Shown here in pieces: positions 17,180 to 26,292 of a stretch of 64,000 nt of DNA. Location of the stretch: positions 9,249-73,248 of the forward strand of contig CAIUQE010000035.1 in NCBI GenBank assembly GCA_903901225.1, read 5' to 3'. The notes under the pieces are model-generated. The model ran no database searches. It was not told the origin of the DNA and saw only the letters and a list, made by a program, of their open reading frames with translations. The stretch comes from Candidatus Omnitrophota bacterium. Its GTDB lineage: Bacteria; Omnitrophota; Gorgyraeia; Zapsychrales; Fredricksoniimonadaceae. The position numbers were made by a program, and so were the translations under genes. Numbering within the stretch: position 1 is the stretch's first letter; the number at the start of each line of letters is the position of its first letter.

Positions 17180-20100
17180 ATGAAGAAGACCTTTTATTTT
17201 CGATTTATTTCTGCCTGGATCCTTGTCAGTTTCCTGACAACCGGGGTGGTCCCGTCGGGCGCATACGCGCAGGCGTTGAACCTTCCGGCACCGGGGACCA
17301 TGGTATCCCTGACACCGGCCTATATGCCGATCCTCATGAAGGGTGTCCGGGTGCATCCCGAGAACCCTCTTTTGTTTGACTTTATCCTCGATAGCGGGAA
17401 ATCCGCCCTCAAGGCTGAAAGCCCTGAATTCAAGGCTGAATCCCAAAAACTCATCAAGTATTTCCTGGCGTCATTGACGATCAAGGAAGAAGACCTGTGG
17501 GTCAACTTGTCGCCTTACGAAAAAGACCGGATGATCACCGATGAGCTGGGCAAGACCGAACTGGGGCGTGACATGCTGGCGCAGGATTATATCCTCAAGC
17601 AGTTGACCGCTTCCCTTATATACCCCGAGAAGGATCTCGGCAAAGCATTCTGGGACAGGGTTTACTCCAAGGCGCGGGAACAATTTGGTAACACAGATAT
17701 CCCGGTCGACACCTTCAACAAAGTCTGGATCACAGCCGACAAGGCCAAGGTCCTCGAACGTAACAACGTAGCCTACGTCGTCGGCGCGCATCTGAAGGTG
17801 ATGCTGGATGTGGATTATACCGCTGCTATGCGGGCCGACACAAGGTCGGCCCCTACAACCAATAATGTTAGTGCGAAGGGCGTAGGGGAGGACCTTGTGT
17901 CCTCCCGCGATGAGATCGCCCGACAGGTCATCCGCGACGTCGTCATCCCCGAGATCGAAAAAGAAGTCAACGAAGGCCAAAACTTCGCCATGTTGCGCCA
18001 GATGTTCTATTCCATGATCCTCGCCTCCTGGTACAAGCTCGCGCTCAAGGATGCGCTGCTGAATCAGGTATATAGCAATCAAGCCAAGACCAGCGGGGTC
18101 CTGTCCGACGATCCGGCGGTCAAGGACAAGATCTATACGCAGTATCTGGAAGCCTACAAGAAGGGCGTGTTCAATTATATCAAGGAAGACATGGACGCTG
18201 TGAGTCAGCAGCCTGTGCCGCGGAAGTATTTTTCGGGTGGGCTCAATTTATTTCCCAAGGGATCTGAAACTGTTGAGTATGCGCAAGCGGCAACGCAGGA
18301 GCAGATAGCGAATATTACGTTTTCAAAATTATGGTCTATTTCCGTTCTGGTTACCCGAGAGCGGACGCCACCTTCTAAGGCAACAGAGACGGAGCCGACG
18401 ATCCTTTATGATCTGTGGGGAAGCATGGAAGTTACACCTGCAGTAGATCTCTATAAATTGGAAAGTTGGTGGATAGAAGGGGGAGAATATTGGAAGGCTT
18501 TCGTGAATCTCAAGAAAGCCCTCGATACAGATGCCAAATATACTCGTTTTGATGACATGGGCAAGGCGGAAAATTATATATCTGGAAAAAAATTTAAAGA
18601 AGCTGAAAAGATATTAAGGCAGGTCATATCAGCCAATCCGGAGTATTCATTGGCCTATGCCTATTTAGGGTTGGCCTTATGCGCGCAAGGCAATACTGAA
18701 GAGGCATACAAGAATAATATGAAAGCCGCGGAGCTGGATGCCATTAACAAGATCGAAATAAGAAAATTTCCGCAAAGGCCATTGTCGCGTGCGGCGAGAC
18801 TTGAAAGATATATGCAAATTTTCAGAAAATTTTTTCCTCAAAGAATGACGTATGAAGCTTTTGTGGATCGTGTTTGGGATGGCAGGATCAAGGAAAACCC
18901 CAGGATCAAGGTCCAAACTTATTCGGCGAATAAAGACAAAAAAAGTATTTATGTGGGGAAGTTGAATAAAATTGGCCCATACTTGGAGCTCTTTATTCAA
19001 CCTGAGGAAGGGGATGGGGTAAAAATAGATTCCTACAAAATTAAAAGGATCACTGTTTATCCCGATTTAGCTCAGGTGAAAGAGGCGTCTGACGCGGCGG
19101 AAAAGAGCTTATCTGTTGAAGAAATGATCTCATTGGGACAATTGCATGAACGCCAAGGTGATTTGGAAAGTGCGGAAAAATATTTTCGTGATGCTGTGAA
19201 AAAGAACGGCAATGATGCCAGGGCCCACGCGGTCCTTGGCGTGTTTTTGAGATCTGTGAATCGTCTGGATGAGGCCGTGCAAGAGTTGGAGATAGCTCAA
19301 AACTTGGATCATCAGTATTATCCTGAGTATTTTACCGTCGACGGAATCCAAAAGCTGATAGATGGATATGTAGTTGATGCCATTGAGGATTTTGAAGAGG
19401 CAGTGAAATCAGATGAAGAGATGGCATTGGCTTATGCGTGGTGGGGGATCGCCTTGAATGCCGCAGCAGATAAAAAAGCCAAAAGAGAGGGGGGGCAAGT
19501 CTCGGGATCTCAAAGAAGCGAGGCACTTGGTTATATAAAACACGCGTTGATATTGGATCCAGAAAACAAGGAGATCAAAAGACTTCTTGCCCTTCTTAAG
19601 CCATCCTTTTTATCAAAGGTGAGGTTCGCCAGGGATTTCACCGGGGAAACAATGAGCGCTGAACAGTTTAAAAAAGCGATTCTGACGGGGAAGATCCAGC
19701 CGGGGACCAGGATCAAGATCAAACGGGTCTTTGAAGAAGGGGTTTCCACGGGGATCACGGATAATGTCGTTTTTGGATATGTCGAGACAACGCCCCATAG
19801 CAGTACGCCTGACATTGTTTACAATCTCCCGTTATTTACAGGTGATGGAAAAATAGTGAGTCTTGATAAAATTGTTGAGGTTACTGTTTACGACGCGTCA
19901 ATGGAAACTATCACGGCGCCCGAAGGCCTGGAGAACTCAAATCAAACATTGACCATCAAGTCCGACGCGGCGGAAAAAATATCAGGGTCAATGCGTCAAA
20001 CGGATGCTGAAATTATGGCAGGCCTGGAAGAAATAATGGCTCTTCCTGATGCATCGAAAGAAGCCATGGAGCAAGTTTTGTCAGATTTTGCGCAGGGAAT

Positions 20101-21202
20101 TCCTCCCACAACGAATATATCTGATGTGCCGACAGATCAGGAATTGGAGGATTTGGTTTTCAAGGTTTCGGAATTTGCGACAAGTAACAGTGAATTTATT
20201 CAAGCGTTGCAAAGAGTAACGCCTGAGCAGATCGAGGAATTTGTCAGGATGGATTTGCGTTTTGACGAAGATAAGAAACCGGCACTCATTCAATTGATGC
20301 TGAAGATCAGGGAGCTCTCCAGTGATCACGTTCTTGCGGCTGGAAGGATGTTGGGGGAAAACCCAGAAGTATCAGCAAATTTTATTAAAACCGTTAATCA
20401 ATTGGTTTATATCTTTGAACAGGGAAAGCTTGGCGGGTTGGTCAAAGTGGACAAGGAAAGGCAAAGAAGGATACATCTGATAAAAGGCGCATTTGAATAT
20501 GTCCTGTTTTTTGCGATGGCTTTGGTTGGAGAGATGGGGGCAGAACAGCTTTCTGAAGTTCGTGGGAATTTGTCGAGGTTTTTTATGGTGGCGATAAGTA
20601 TAGCTTGGTTGATCAATAAATCGGGGATGGACATTTCAAATCCATTAGGAACAAAGTCACCTGCGTTGATCAAGCCGGTTTATTTCAATTCTATGTTGAA
20701 GGCGGATATGGTAAAGATGGCCGAGGATTTTTTGAAGGATAATAGATCGGTCAGGGCGGCCTCCGAAAATATCGCGTTATTGAAACTCAAGAAGCGGTTG
20801 ATGCTTTGGCTGAAGAACACCATGTTCATTGATAAAGATTCACGTAACACGGCCTTTAAGGGGATATCAACGTATATCCGTGTTGTTGAGGTGCAGAAGG
20901 GCTTGTACAAAGTAGAGCTTGATCCCGATGCCAAGATGGATGGCGCGCAAAAGGGCATGGACCAGGCGGAAAATGTTAAAGAACCTGAGCAGCATAGAGA
21001 TAATGCCGGAGTTACAAACGGCGGTATCGACCTCAACGCCAAAAAGATGGACCTGGACGTGGCCAGGGATGGCAAGGGTGTTGAGATGACATTTGACCCG
21101 GCCATGGTCGCGGAGTTCCGCAAGGGTAATTTTACGGGAGTTGAAGGGATCATCCTCAAGATCGTCCCGATCGAGAACCCCCAGGCGCTCCTGGGGCTGT
21201 AG
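17180..21202 (+). CDS. Large modular secreted protein 2: conserved N-domain, two TPR plus small-beta-domain cargos, a helical/TM cargo, C-terminal GGIDLN domain
   Basis: ATG 17180 with GAGG RBS; signal peptide ending AYA-Q; shares LIKYFLA, DLWVNLSPYEKDR, LAQDYILKQ, DIPVDTFNKVWI, EKEVNEG, PRKYFSGG and GGIDLN with 2947..6819. Confidence 0.85.
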   Translation: MKKTFYFRFISAWILVSFLTTGVVPSGAYAQALNLPAPGTMVSLTPAYMPILMKGVRVHPENPLLFDFILDSGKSALKAESPEFKAESQKLIKYFLASLTIKEEDLWVNLSPYEKDRMITDELGKTELGRDMLAQDYILKQLTASLIYPEKDLGKAFWDRVYSKAREQFGNTDIPVDTFNKVWITADKAKVLERNNVAYVVGAHLKVMLDVDYTAAMRADTRSAPTTNNVSAKGVGEDLVSSRDEIARQVIRDVVIPEIEKEVNEGQNFAMLRQMFYSMILASWYKLALKDALLNQVYSNQAKTSGVLSDDPAVKDKIYTQYLEAYKKGVFNYIKEDMDAVSQQPVPRKYFSGGLNLFPKGSETVEYAQAATQEQIANITFSKLWSISVLVTRERTPPSKATETEPTILYDLWGSMEVTPAVDLYKLESWWIEGGEYWKAFVNLKKALDTDAKYTRFDDMGKAENYISGKKFKEAEKILRQVISANPEYSLAYAYLGLALCAQGNTEEAYKNNMKAAELDAINKIEIRKFPQRPLSRAARLERYMQIFRKFFPQRMTYEAFVDRVWDGRIKENPRIKVQTYSANKDKKSIYVGKLNKIGPYLELFIQPEEGDGVKIDSYKIKRITVYPDLAQVKEASDAAEKSLSVEEMISLGQLHERQGDLESAEKYFRDAVKKNGNDARAHAVLGVFLRSVNRLDEAVQELEIAQNLDHQYYPEYFTVDGIQKLIDGYVVDAIEDFEEAVKSDEEMALAYAWWGIALNAAADKKAKREGGQVSGSQRSEALGYIKHALILDPENKEIKRLLALLKPSFLSKVRFARDFTGETMSAEQFKKAILTGKIQPGTRIKIKRVFEEGVSTGITDNVVFGYVETTPHSSTPDIVYNLPLFTGDGKIVSLDKIVEVTVYDASMETITAPEGLENSNQTLTIKSDAAEKISGSMRQTDAEIMAGLEEIMALPDASKEAMEQVLSDFAQGIPPTTNISDVPTDQELEDLVFKVSEFATSNSEFIQALQRVTPEQIEEFVRMDLRFDEDKKPALIQLMLKIRELSSDHVLAAGRMLGENPEVSANFIKTVNQLVYIFEQGKLGGLVKVDKERQRRIHLIKGAFEYVLFFAMALVGEMGAEQLSEVRGNLSRFFMVAISIAWLINKSGMDISNPLGTKSPALIKPVYFNSMLKADMVKMAEDFLKDNRSVRAASENIALLKLKKRLMLWLKNTMFIDKDSRNTAFKGISTYIRVVEVQKGLYKVELDPDAKMDGAQKGMDQAENVKEPEQHRDNAGVTNGGIDLNAKKMDLDVARDGKGVEMTFDPAMVAEFRKGNFTGVEGIILKIVPIENPQALLGL
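17831..17907. repeat. In-frame REP-like palindrome doublet within modular protein 2
   Basis: CGGGCCGACACAAGGTCGGCCCCTAC (17831-17856) and GTAGGGGAGGACCTTGTGTCCTCCCG (17882-17907); same 77-bp span and protein position as 3592-3668. Confidence 0.87.
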
Positions 21203-21219
21203 ACGGGAGTGAACCTGGG

Positions 21220-21921
21220 TTAACCCGCGGGTGGTCCTGAAAGGGCCTGCAACATGACAATGGTGTCTTCAATAAGCTGTTTTCTGGCCCATTGTTTTTG
21301 ATCTTCGTCCAGGGCGGTGCCCAATCCCTGCAAGATGTTCCTGGGCGTAAAAGTCTTCCTGATGAACTTGATCGTCATCTGGATCAATTCATCCGTCCCC
21401 TTGCCTGTCCGTTCACGGATCAGGTCAGAATCAGCGCGGAATCCTGACTTGAGGAAATACCAGATATCATACAGATCCCGGGCGACAGGTGTTTTACGGT
21501 CAGTCAAAGCCACCAGTTTATTCGTCAGAAGGGTGGTTTCCTCGGGGATAGTGAGGGAAACGCCCAGGAACAGGACAGGTTTGAATTTGTTAGCCGTCCA
21601 AAGCCTTTTGTTAAGCTCGATCTTGATGTTGGGATAACCCGCGCCGTAGTCAAGGACACCCAAAAGTGTAAAGTGTTTGTCTTGCCAGTCGAGGATGCGG
21701 CCCTCCCGGGCCAGGATGGAGCGTAAGCGCGCGACGTCATCATCGGAGAAAGGCTTGAGCATATCGAAATCCAGGTCAAAAGAGAAGCGGGGAAGGCCGT
21801 AGAAGAAGAGCGCGCACGTGCCGCCTTTAAAGGCGATCTTCCCGGGAAATGCTTTGGTAATGGACGTCAGCAAGCTTGTCAAATATCGGCGATGAAGCGC
21901 CTGGTCAAACTTGCGTTCCAT
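21220..21921 (-). CDS. AbiEii-family nucleotidyltransferase toxin (type IV TA)
   Basis: FKGGT, LPRFSFDLDF, NKLVAL and ARDLYD motifs. Confidence 0.92.
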   Translation of the reverse strand: MERKFDQALHRRYLTSLLTSITKAFPGKIAFKGGTCALFFYGLPRFSFDLDFDMLKPFSDDDVARLRSILAREGRILDWQDKHFTLLGVLDYGAGYPNIKIELNKRLWTANKFKPVLFLGVSLTIPEETTLLTNKLVALTDRKTPVARDLYDIWYFLKSGFRADSDLIRERTGKGTDELIQMTIKFIRKTFTPRNILQGLGTALDEDQKQWARKQLIEDTIVMLQALSGPPAG

Positions 21922-22474
21922 AAAACTTACGCGCTTTCTTTTGCACGGTTAAAGGGAAAATACCACATAATTGTTTCAGATAGCTCCGGTCAAGGCGATC
22001 CGGAGTATCAATGTCAGGCATAAAACCGAAATACAATGAATCCAGGATGGCCCGTTCGGGGCAGGCGATAGAAACATTGTTTTTTGTGATGATCCCTTCC
22101 TGATGAAAAAACAATTCTTTCTTTATGGAGTAGTAGGCGTACGTGATGCTTTGGATCTTGCGCCGATAAGAGAGAAGGGCTACGGAATCAATGCTTTTGC
22201 GCTGCTGAAAATTGATCCCCGCGCTTGCCAAAGCGCTGTTAAAAGACACATACGAAGGCGTGATCACTAAATTAGCCAGCGCACGCGTGTCATAATTCTC
22301 GTCAATGGCATAATAGCCCTTGGCCAGCCTGAGGATCAGCTTCCGTTCCACCATGCGGGCGGCGCTGATCTTGGCGGTCAGCGCGCTGTCCTTCCAGAGT
22401 ACACGAAGATCCTGCGGACGGAAAACCGTTCGCCCGGAACTCATCAAAATTTTCAATCGCGTTGATGCATTCAT
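21905..22474 (-). CDS. AbiEi-family antitoxin/transcriptional regulator
   Basis: RLAKGYY, PSYVSFNSAL, IACPERAILDSLY; overlaps the AbiEii start. Confidence 0.88.
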   Translation of the reverse strand: MNASTRLKILMSSGRTVFRPQDLRVLWKDSALTAKISAARMVERKLILRLAKGYYAIDENYDTRALANLVITPSYVSFNSALASAGINFQQRKSIDSVALLSYRRKIQSITYAYYSIKKELFFHQEGIITKNNVSIACPERAILDSLYFGFMPDIDTPDRLDRSYLKQLCGIFPLTVQKKARKFYGTQV

Positions 22475-22494
22475 ATGCGATAGAAGTATACAAC

Positions 22495-22524
22495 ATTGTA
22501 TCCTTGGATGCAACATATAGTCAA
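22495..22524 (-). promoter_or_regulatory. abiE promoter with overlapping inverted repeat (putative autoregulatory operator)
   Basis: Minus strand TTGACT-18 bp-TACAAT; imperfect palindrome TTGTATCC-TT-GGATGCAA at 22496-22513. Confidence 0.5.
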
Positions 22525-22689
22525 ATAACTGTTATTTAATATTCAAAAGGGAACACTTTTCATTGAAAGATGTCATGCGTTAAACCTTTCCTTGTCAAAC
22601 ACGCTTTTTTTTGTATACTTATGTGATGTTTTGCAGTTCCATGGGAACGGTTTATCCATTAATCTCGTTAAATAAGGGGTCTTTTTCGG

Positions 22690-23952
22690 ATGTCAGTAAT
22701 AAAACCTTTCAACGGACTTGTTTACAATCCTTCTAAAATCGCGGATATGGGCAAGGTCGTATGCCCGCCCTACGATGTCATTTCTCCTGAACAGGAGATC
22801 GTCCTCAAGAAACGCAGCCCGTACAATTTTATCCATGTGATGCTGGCCAAGGTTGACGCCAAGCACGGGGAGGAGGATGCCCGCTACGCCAAGGCCGGTG
22901 ATACCTTCCGGCAATGGCTCAAGGACGGCATCCTTGTCCAGGATGATAAGCCCTGCATTTATTACACCAAGCAGGAATACAAGGTCATGGGCCAGCGTTA
23001 CAGCCGCATGGGGTTCCTGGCCGTCATGAAGATCGAGGACGAGAAGGCGAAGATCCACCCGCATGAAAAGACCCACGCCGGGGCCAAGGAAGACCGTTTC
23101 AAGCTCTGGTCTTCCCTCAAGGCTGCCTGCAGCCCGATCTTTGTTTGCTTTTCCGACCGCCAGAAGAAGGTCGAGGGCATTTTTCAGCGCAAGATCGCGG
23201 CCACGAAGCCTTTTGTCGATGTGATCGACGATGACGGCACGCGCAACCTGTGCTGGCGCCTGGATGATCCCATCCTCATCCAGGAGATCGTGGACACCTT
23301 TGACAACCAGAATTTGTTCATCGCGGACGGGCATCACCGCTATGAGGTGTCCCGCCGTTACCGTGAGACGATGCTGGCGGCGACGCCGGACGCGACCGGG
23401 GAAGAGCCCTGGAATTACGTGATGACCTATTTCACCAACATCGATTCCCGCGACCTGCAGATATTCCCGATCCACCGCATTGTCAGGAATTTTCCGAAGG
23501 ATATCAGCTTCCTTGAGGAGCTTTTCCGTATCGATACCATCAAAAAGCGCGAAGACCTTGTGGTGATGATCGCCAAGGCCGGGCGCAACGAGCATGCCTT
23601 CGGCCTTTATACCAAGAAAGGCCTCCAGCTGCTGCGCCTGAAGAACAAGAACCAGATCGACGCTTTCATCAAGGAAGGGTCGCAGGACTATCGTTCGCTG
23701 GATTCTTTGATCCTCAAGGCGTTCGTGTTCGACAAGCTGGGGATCAAGTCCGAGGACATCACCTATTGCAACAAGGACATGGATGAATGTTTCAGCACCG
23801 TCGACAATAACGAGAATGTCGCGGCGTTCATCCTCAACCCGGTGCGCATCGAGCAGCTGCGTTCCATTGCCTTGAATGGCGAAAAGATGCCGCCCAAGAC
23901 GACATATTTTTATCCCAAGGCCATTTCGGGCCTCACGATGTATAAACTCTAG
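22690..23952 (+). CDS. DUF1015 family protein
   Basis: PPYDVIS, PHEKT, IADGHHRYE, MPPKTTYFYPK. Confidence 0.9.
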   Translation: MSVIKPFNGLVYNPSKIADMGKVVCPPYDVISPEQEIVLKKRSPYNFIHVMLAKVDAKHGEEDARYAKAGDTFRQWLKDGILVQDDKPCIYYTKQEYKVMGQRYSRMGFLAVMKIEDEKAKIHPHEKTHAGAKEDRFKLWSSLKAACSPIFVCFSDRQKKVEGIFQRKIAATKPFVDVIDDDGTRNLCWRLDDPILIQEIVDTFDNQNLFIADGHHRYEVSRRYRETMLAATPDATGEEPWNYVMTYFTNIDSRDLQIFPIHRIVRNFPKDISFLEELFRIDTIKKREDLVVMIAKAGRNEHAFGLYTKKGLQLLRLKNKNQIDAFIKEGSQDYRSLDSLILKAFVFDKLGIKSEDITYCNKDMDECFSTVDNNENVAAFILNPVRIEQLRSIALNGEKMPPKTTYFYPKAISGLTMYKL

Positions 23953-23970
23953 TCCAACGGTCGAGGTGTC

Positions 23971-24834
23971 ATGAGCCTGTTCGGTAAAAGCAGAAATACA
24001 TTTGTCAGGGTCCCGAAGAAGAAGGTCATCCCTGACGGGGTCTGGATGAAATGCCCCGATTGCCAGCAGCCTTCCTATACCAAAGAGGTTGACGGGAACC
24101 TGAACGTGTGCCCCAAGTGCGGCTATCACATGACGCTGACCGCGCGCGGCAGGATCGAGCTTTTGGTTGATGCGGGGACATTCGTGGAAATGGACCCCGA
24201 CATGCTTTCGGCCGATCCGCTGGAGTTCAAGGGAGTTAAAACTTACAAGGACAAACTTGCCGGCGACCAGAAGCTGACGGGTCTCAAGGATGCCGCCATC
24301 ACGGGCCACGGGAAGATCAACGGCCACGCGGCCGCCCTCGCGGTCACGGATTCGCAGTTCATCATGGGGTCGATGGGGTCGGTGGTGGGCGAGAAGATCA
24401 CCCGCGTGATCGAATACGCGACGGCCAACGGCCTTCCCGTGATCATCGTGTCCGGGTCCGGCGGTGGCGCGCGCATGTACGAGGGGTGTATTTCGCTCAT
24501 GCAGATGGCCAAGACCTGCGCGGCGCTGTCGCGTCACGGGAAAAAAGGCTTCGTGTATATTTCGGTACTGACGAACCCGACCATGGGAGGTATCATGGCC
24601 TCGTTCGCGGGTGTTGGTGACATTATCATGGCCGAACCCAAGGCCCTCCTGGGTTTCGCCGGGCCGCGCGTCGTCGAGTCAACGGTACGTCAGAAACTTC
24701 CCAAGGGATTCCAGACATCGGAATTCATGCTGGCCCACGGCCTCCTGGACATGATCGTGCCGCGCAAGGAAATGAAGAGCTTGCTCGCGAAGCTCCTTGA
24801 ATATAACCATAAAACAACACGGAGGAACACGTAA
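23971..24834 (+). CDS. accD: Acetyl-CoA carboxylase carboxyltransferase beta subunit
   Basis: WMKCPDC...VCPKC zinc finger, GSMGSVVGEKI, GGARMYEG, GFAGPRV. Confidence 0.97.
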   Translation: MSLFGKSRNTFVRVPKKKVIPDGVWMKCPDCQQPSYTKEVDGNLNVCPKCGYHMTLTARGRIELLVDAGTFVEMDPDMLSADPLEFKGVKTYKDKLAGDQKLTGLKDAAITGHGKINGHAAALAVTDSQFIMGSMGSVVGEKITRVIEYATANGLPVIIVSGSGGGARMYEGCISLMQMAKTCAALSRHGKKGFVYISVLTNPTMGGIMASFAGVGDIIMAEPKALLGFAGPRVVESTVRQKLPKGFQTSEFMLAHGLLDMIVPRKEMKSLLAKLLEYNHKTTRRNT

Positions 24835-26291
24835 TGGACCACCACCACGAGACAGCTCCCGGCGACCGCATTCCTTTTCTTCAGAAGGCTGTCTATGGTG
24901 TAGGTTCCTTCGTCAACCAGTTCCAGGCTGCCGCGATCGGCCAGCTGATCACCGTCCTCAATGTCGGGCTGGGCGTGAACCCCGCTTTGGTCGGATGGAT
25001 CGGCGCCATCCCCCGGTTCGTTGATGCTTTCTCAGACCCGCTCATCGGTTACACGTCCGACAACACGCGCACCCGTTACGGCCGCCGCCGCCCGTGGATC
25101 TTCTTCGGGGCCCTGGCCTCGGGGATCCTCCTGGCGTTGATGTTCCAGCTTTACAAAGGCCATAGCGAGCTTTTCTATTTCGGTTATGTCCTGGCGATCC
25201 AGCTCCTTTTTGTGATCGCGTTCGCCTGCTATTCGATCCCCTGGATCGCGTTGGGGTATGAGATGACGCCGGATTATCACGAGCGCACGCGCCTGCAGGC
25301 GTTTGCCAGCTTCTTTGCCCAGCCGGTGTGGATGATCGCGCCGTGGTTCTTTTCGGTCATGAGCAACAAGTCTTACTTCCCGGATATCGTGGCCGGTGCC
25401 CGCGTCCTGGCGATCATCGTCGGGGCTTTCATTTTGGTCGGCGGCATCCTTCCGGCGATCTTCAACAAGGAGATCTATGGCAACTTGCCCGTGCCCAAGA
25501 AAGAAAAAGGTTACGGCGGTGTCATCAAGGATCTCCTGGGCAATTGCGCGGCGTCTTTCAAGTGCCTTCCTTTTGTAAAACTTTGCGCGGTGACGTTCCT
25601 GATCTTTAACGGGTTCATGCTGGCCTCCTCCTTCACGTTCTACGTGATCTGCTTTTATGTTTATGGCGGTTCACAGCCTGACGGGGCCACGTCGGCCATG
25701 GATGTGATGTGGCACAGCGGCGGGACGCTGATCGGCCTGTTCGGCACTTTCAGTTCCGTGTGCGCGTTCGGCGCCATCTCTTTGACCGCCTGGATATCTT
25801 CAAAGATCGGTAAAAGAAAGGCGTTCCTGATCACCATGTCCCTGGCGGTCATTGGTTACGCGCTCAAATGGATCGGCTATGATCCCGCGCATCCGTACCT
25901 GCTGTTGATCGCGGCGCCGTTCTTGGCGTTCCACCTGGGTTCGCTGTTCACCATTGTTCCCTCCATGGTCGCGGATGTGTGCGACTACGATGAGTTGCAG
26001 TGCGGGACCCGCCGTGAAGGGATGTTCAGCGGCATTTACTGGTGGATCCAGAAGCTGGGCATGGCCGGGGCTTCCGTCATCGGCGGTTATCTTCTCAACT
26101 GGACCGGGTTCAACATTGCCCTGGGGGTCGGACAGGCATCGCAAACCCTGTTTTATATGCGCGTGTGCGATGTTGGCATCCCGATCGTGACCACATTGAT
26201 CGCGATTTATATTATCGCGACCTTTGAAGTTTCAGAAGACAAGGCGTATGATATTCGCAAGCAGCTGGAAGCCAAACGCGGAAAGAATTGA
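24834..26291 (+). CDS. GPH-family (MelB-like) MFS sugar:cation symporter
   Basis: DAFSDPLIGYTSD, RYGRRRPWI, YHERTRL, ADVCDYDEL...RREG; about 12 TM helices. Confidence 0.92.
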   Translation: MDHHHETAPGDRIPFLQKAVYGVGSFVNQFQAAAIGQLITVLNVGLGVNPALVGWIGAIPRFVDAFSDPLIGYTSDNTRTRYGRRRPWIFFGALASGILLALMFQLYKGHSELFYFGYVLAIQLLFVIAFACYSIPWIALGYEMTPDYHERTRLQAFASFFAQPVWMIAPWFFSVMSNKSYFPDIVAGARVLAIIVGAFILVGGILPAIFNKEIYGNLPVPKKEKGYGGVIKDLLGNCAASFKCLPFVKLCAVTFLIFNGFMLASSFTFYVICFYVYGGSQPDGATSAMDVMWHSGGTLIGLFGTFSSVCAFGAISLTAWISSKIGKRKAFLITMSLAVIGYALKWIGYDPAHPYLLLIAAPFLAFHLGSLFTIVPSMVADVCDYDELQCGTRREGMFSGIYWWIQKLGMAGASVIGGYLLNWTGFNIALGVGQASQTLFYMRVCDVGIPIVTTLIAIYIIATFEVSEDKAYDIRKQLEAKRGKN

Positions 26292-26292
26292 C

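Noticed and set aside
3000-18241. Diversity-generating retroelement or CRISPR explanation for the repeated sequences
   Set aside because: Differences between the paralogs are not adenine-specific, no reverse transcriptase or cas genes are present, and the repeats are not regularly spaced.
22693-24537. 614-aa minus-strand ORF and many similar long antisense ORFs (for example 14405-15391, 42508-43671, 52558-53628)
   Set aside because: They mirror well-supported plus-strand genes, as expected with high GC3 codon usage, and show no recognisable motifs.
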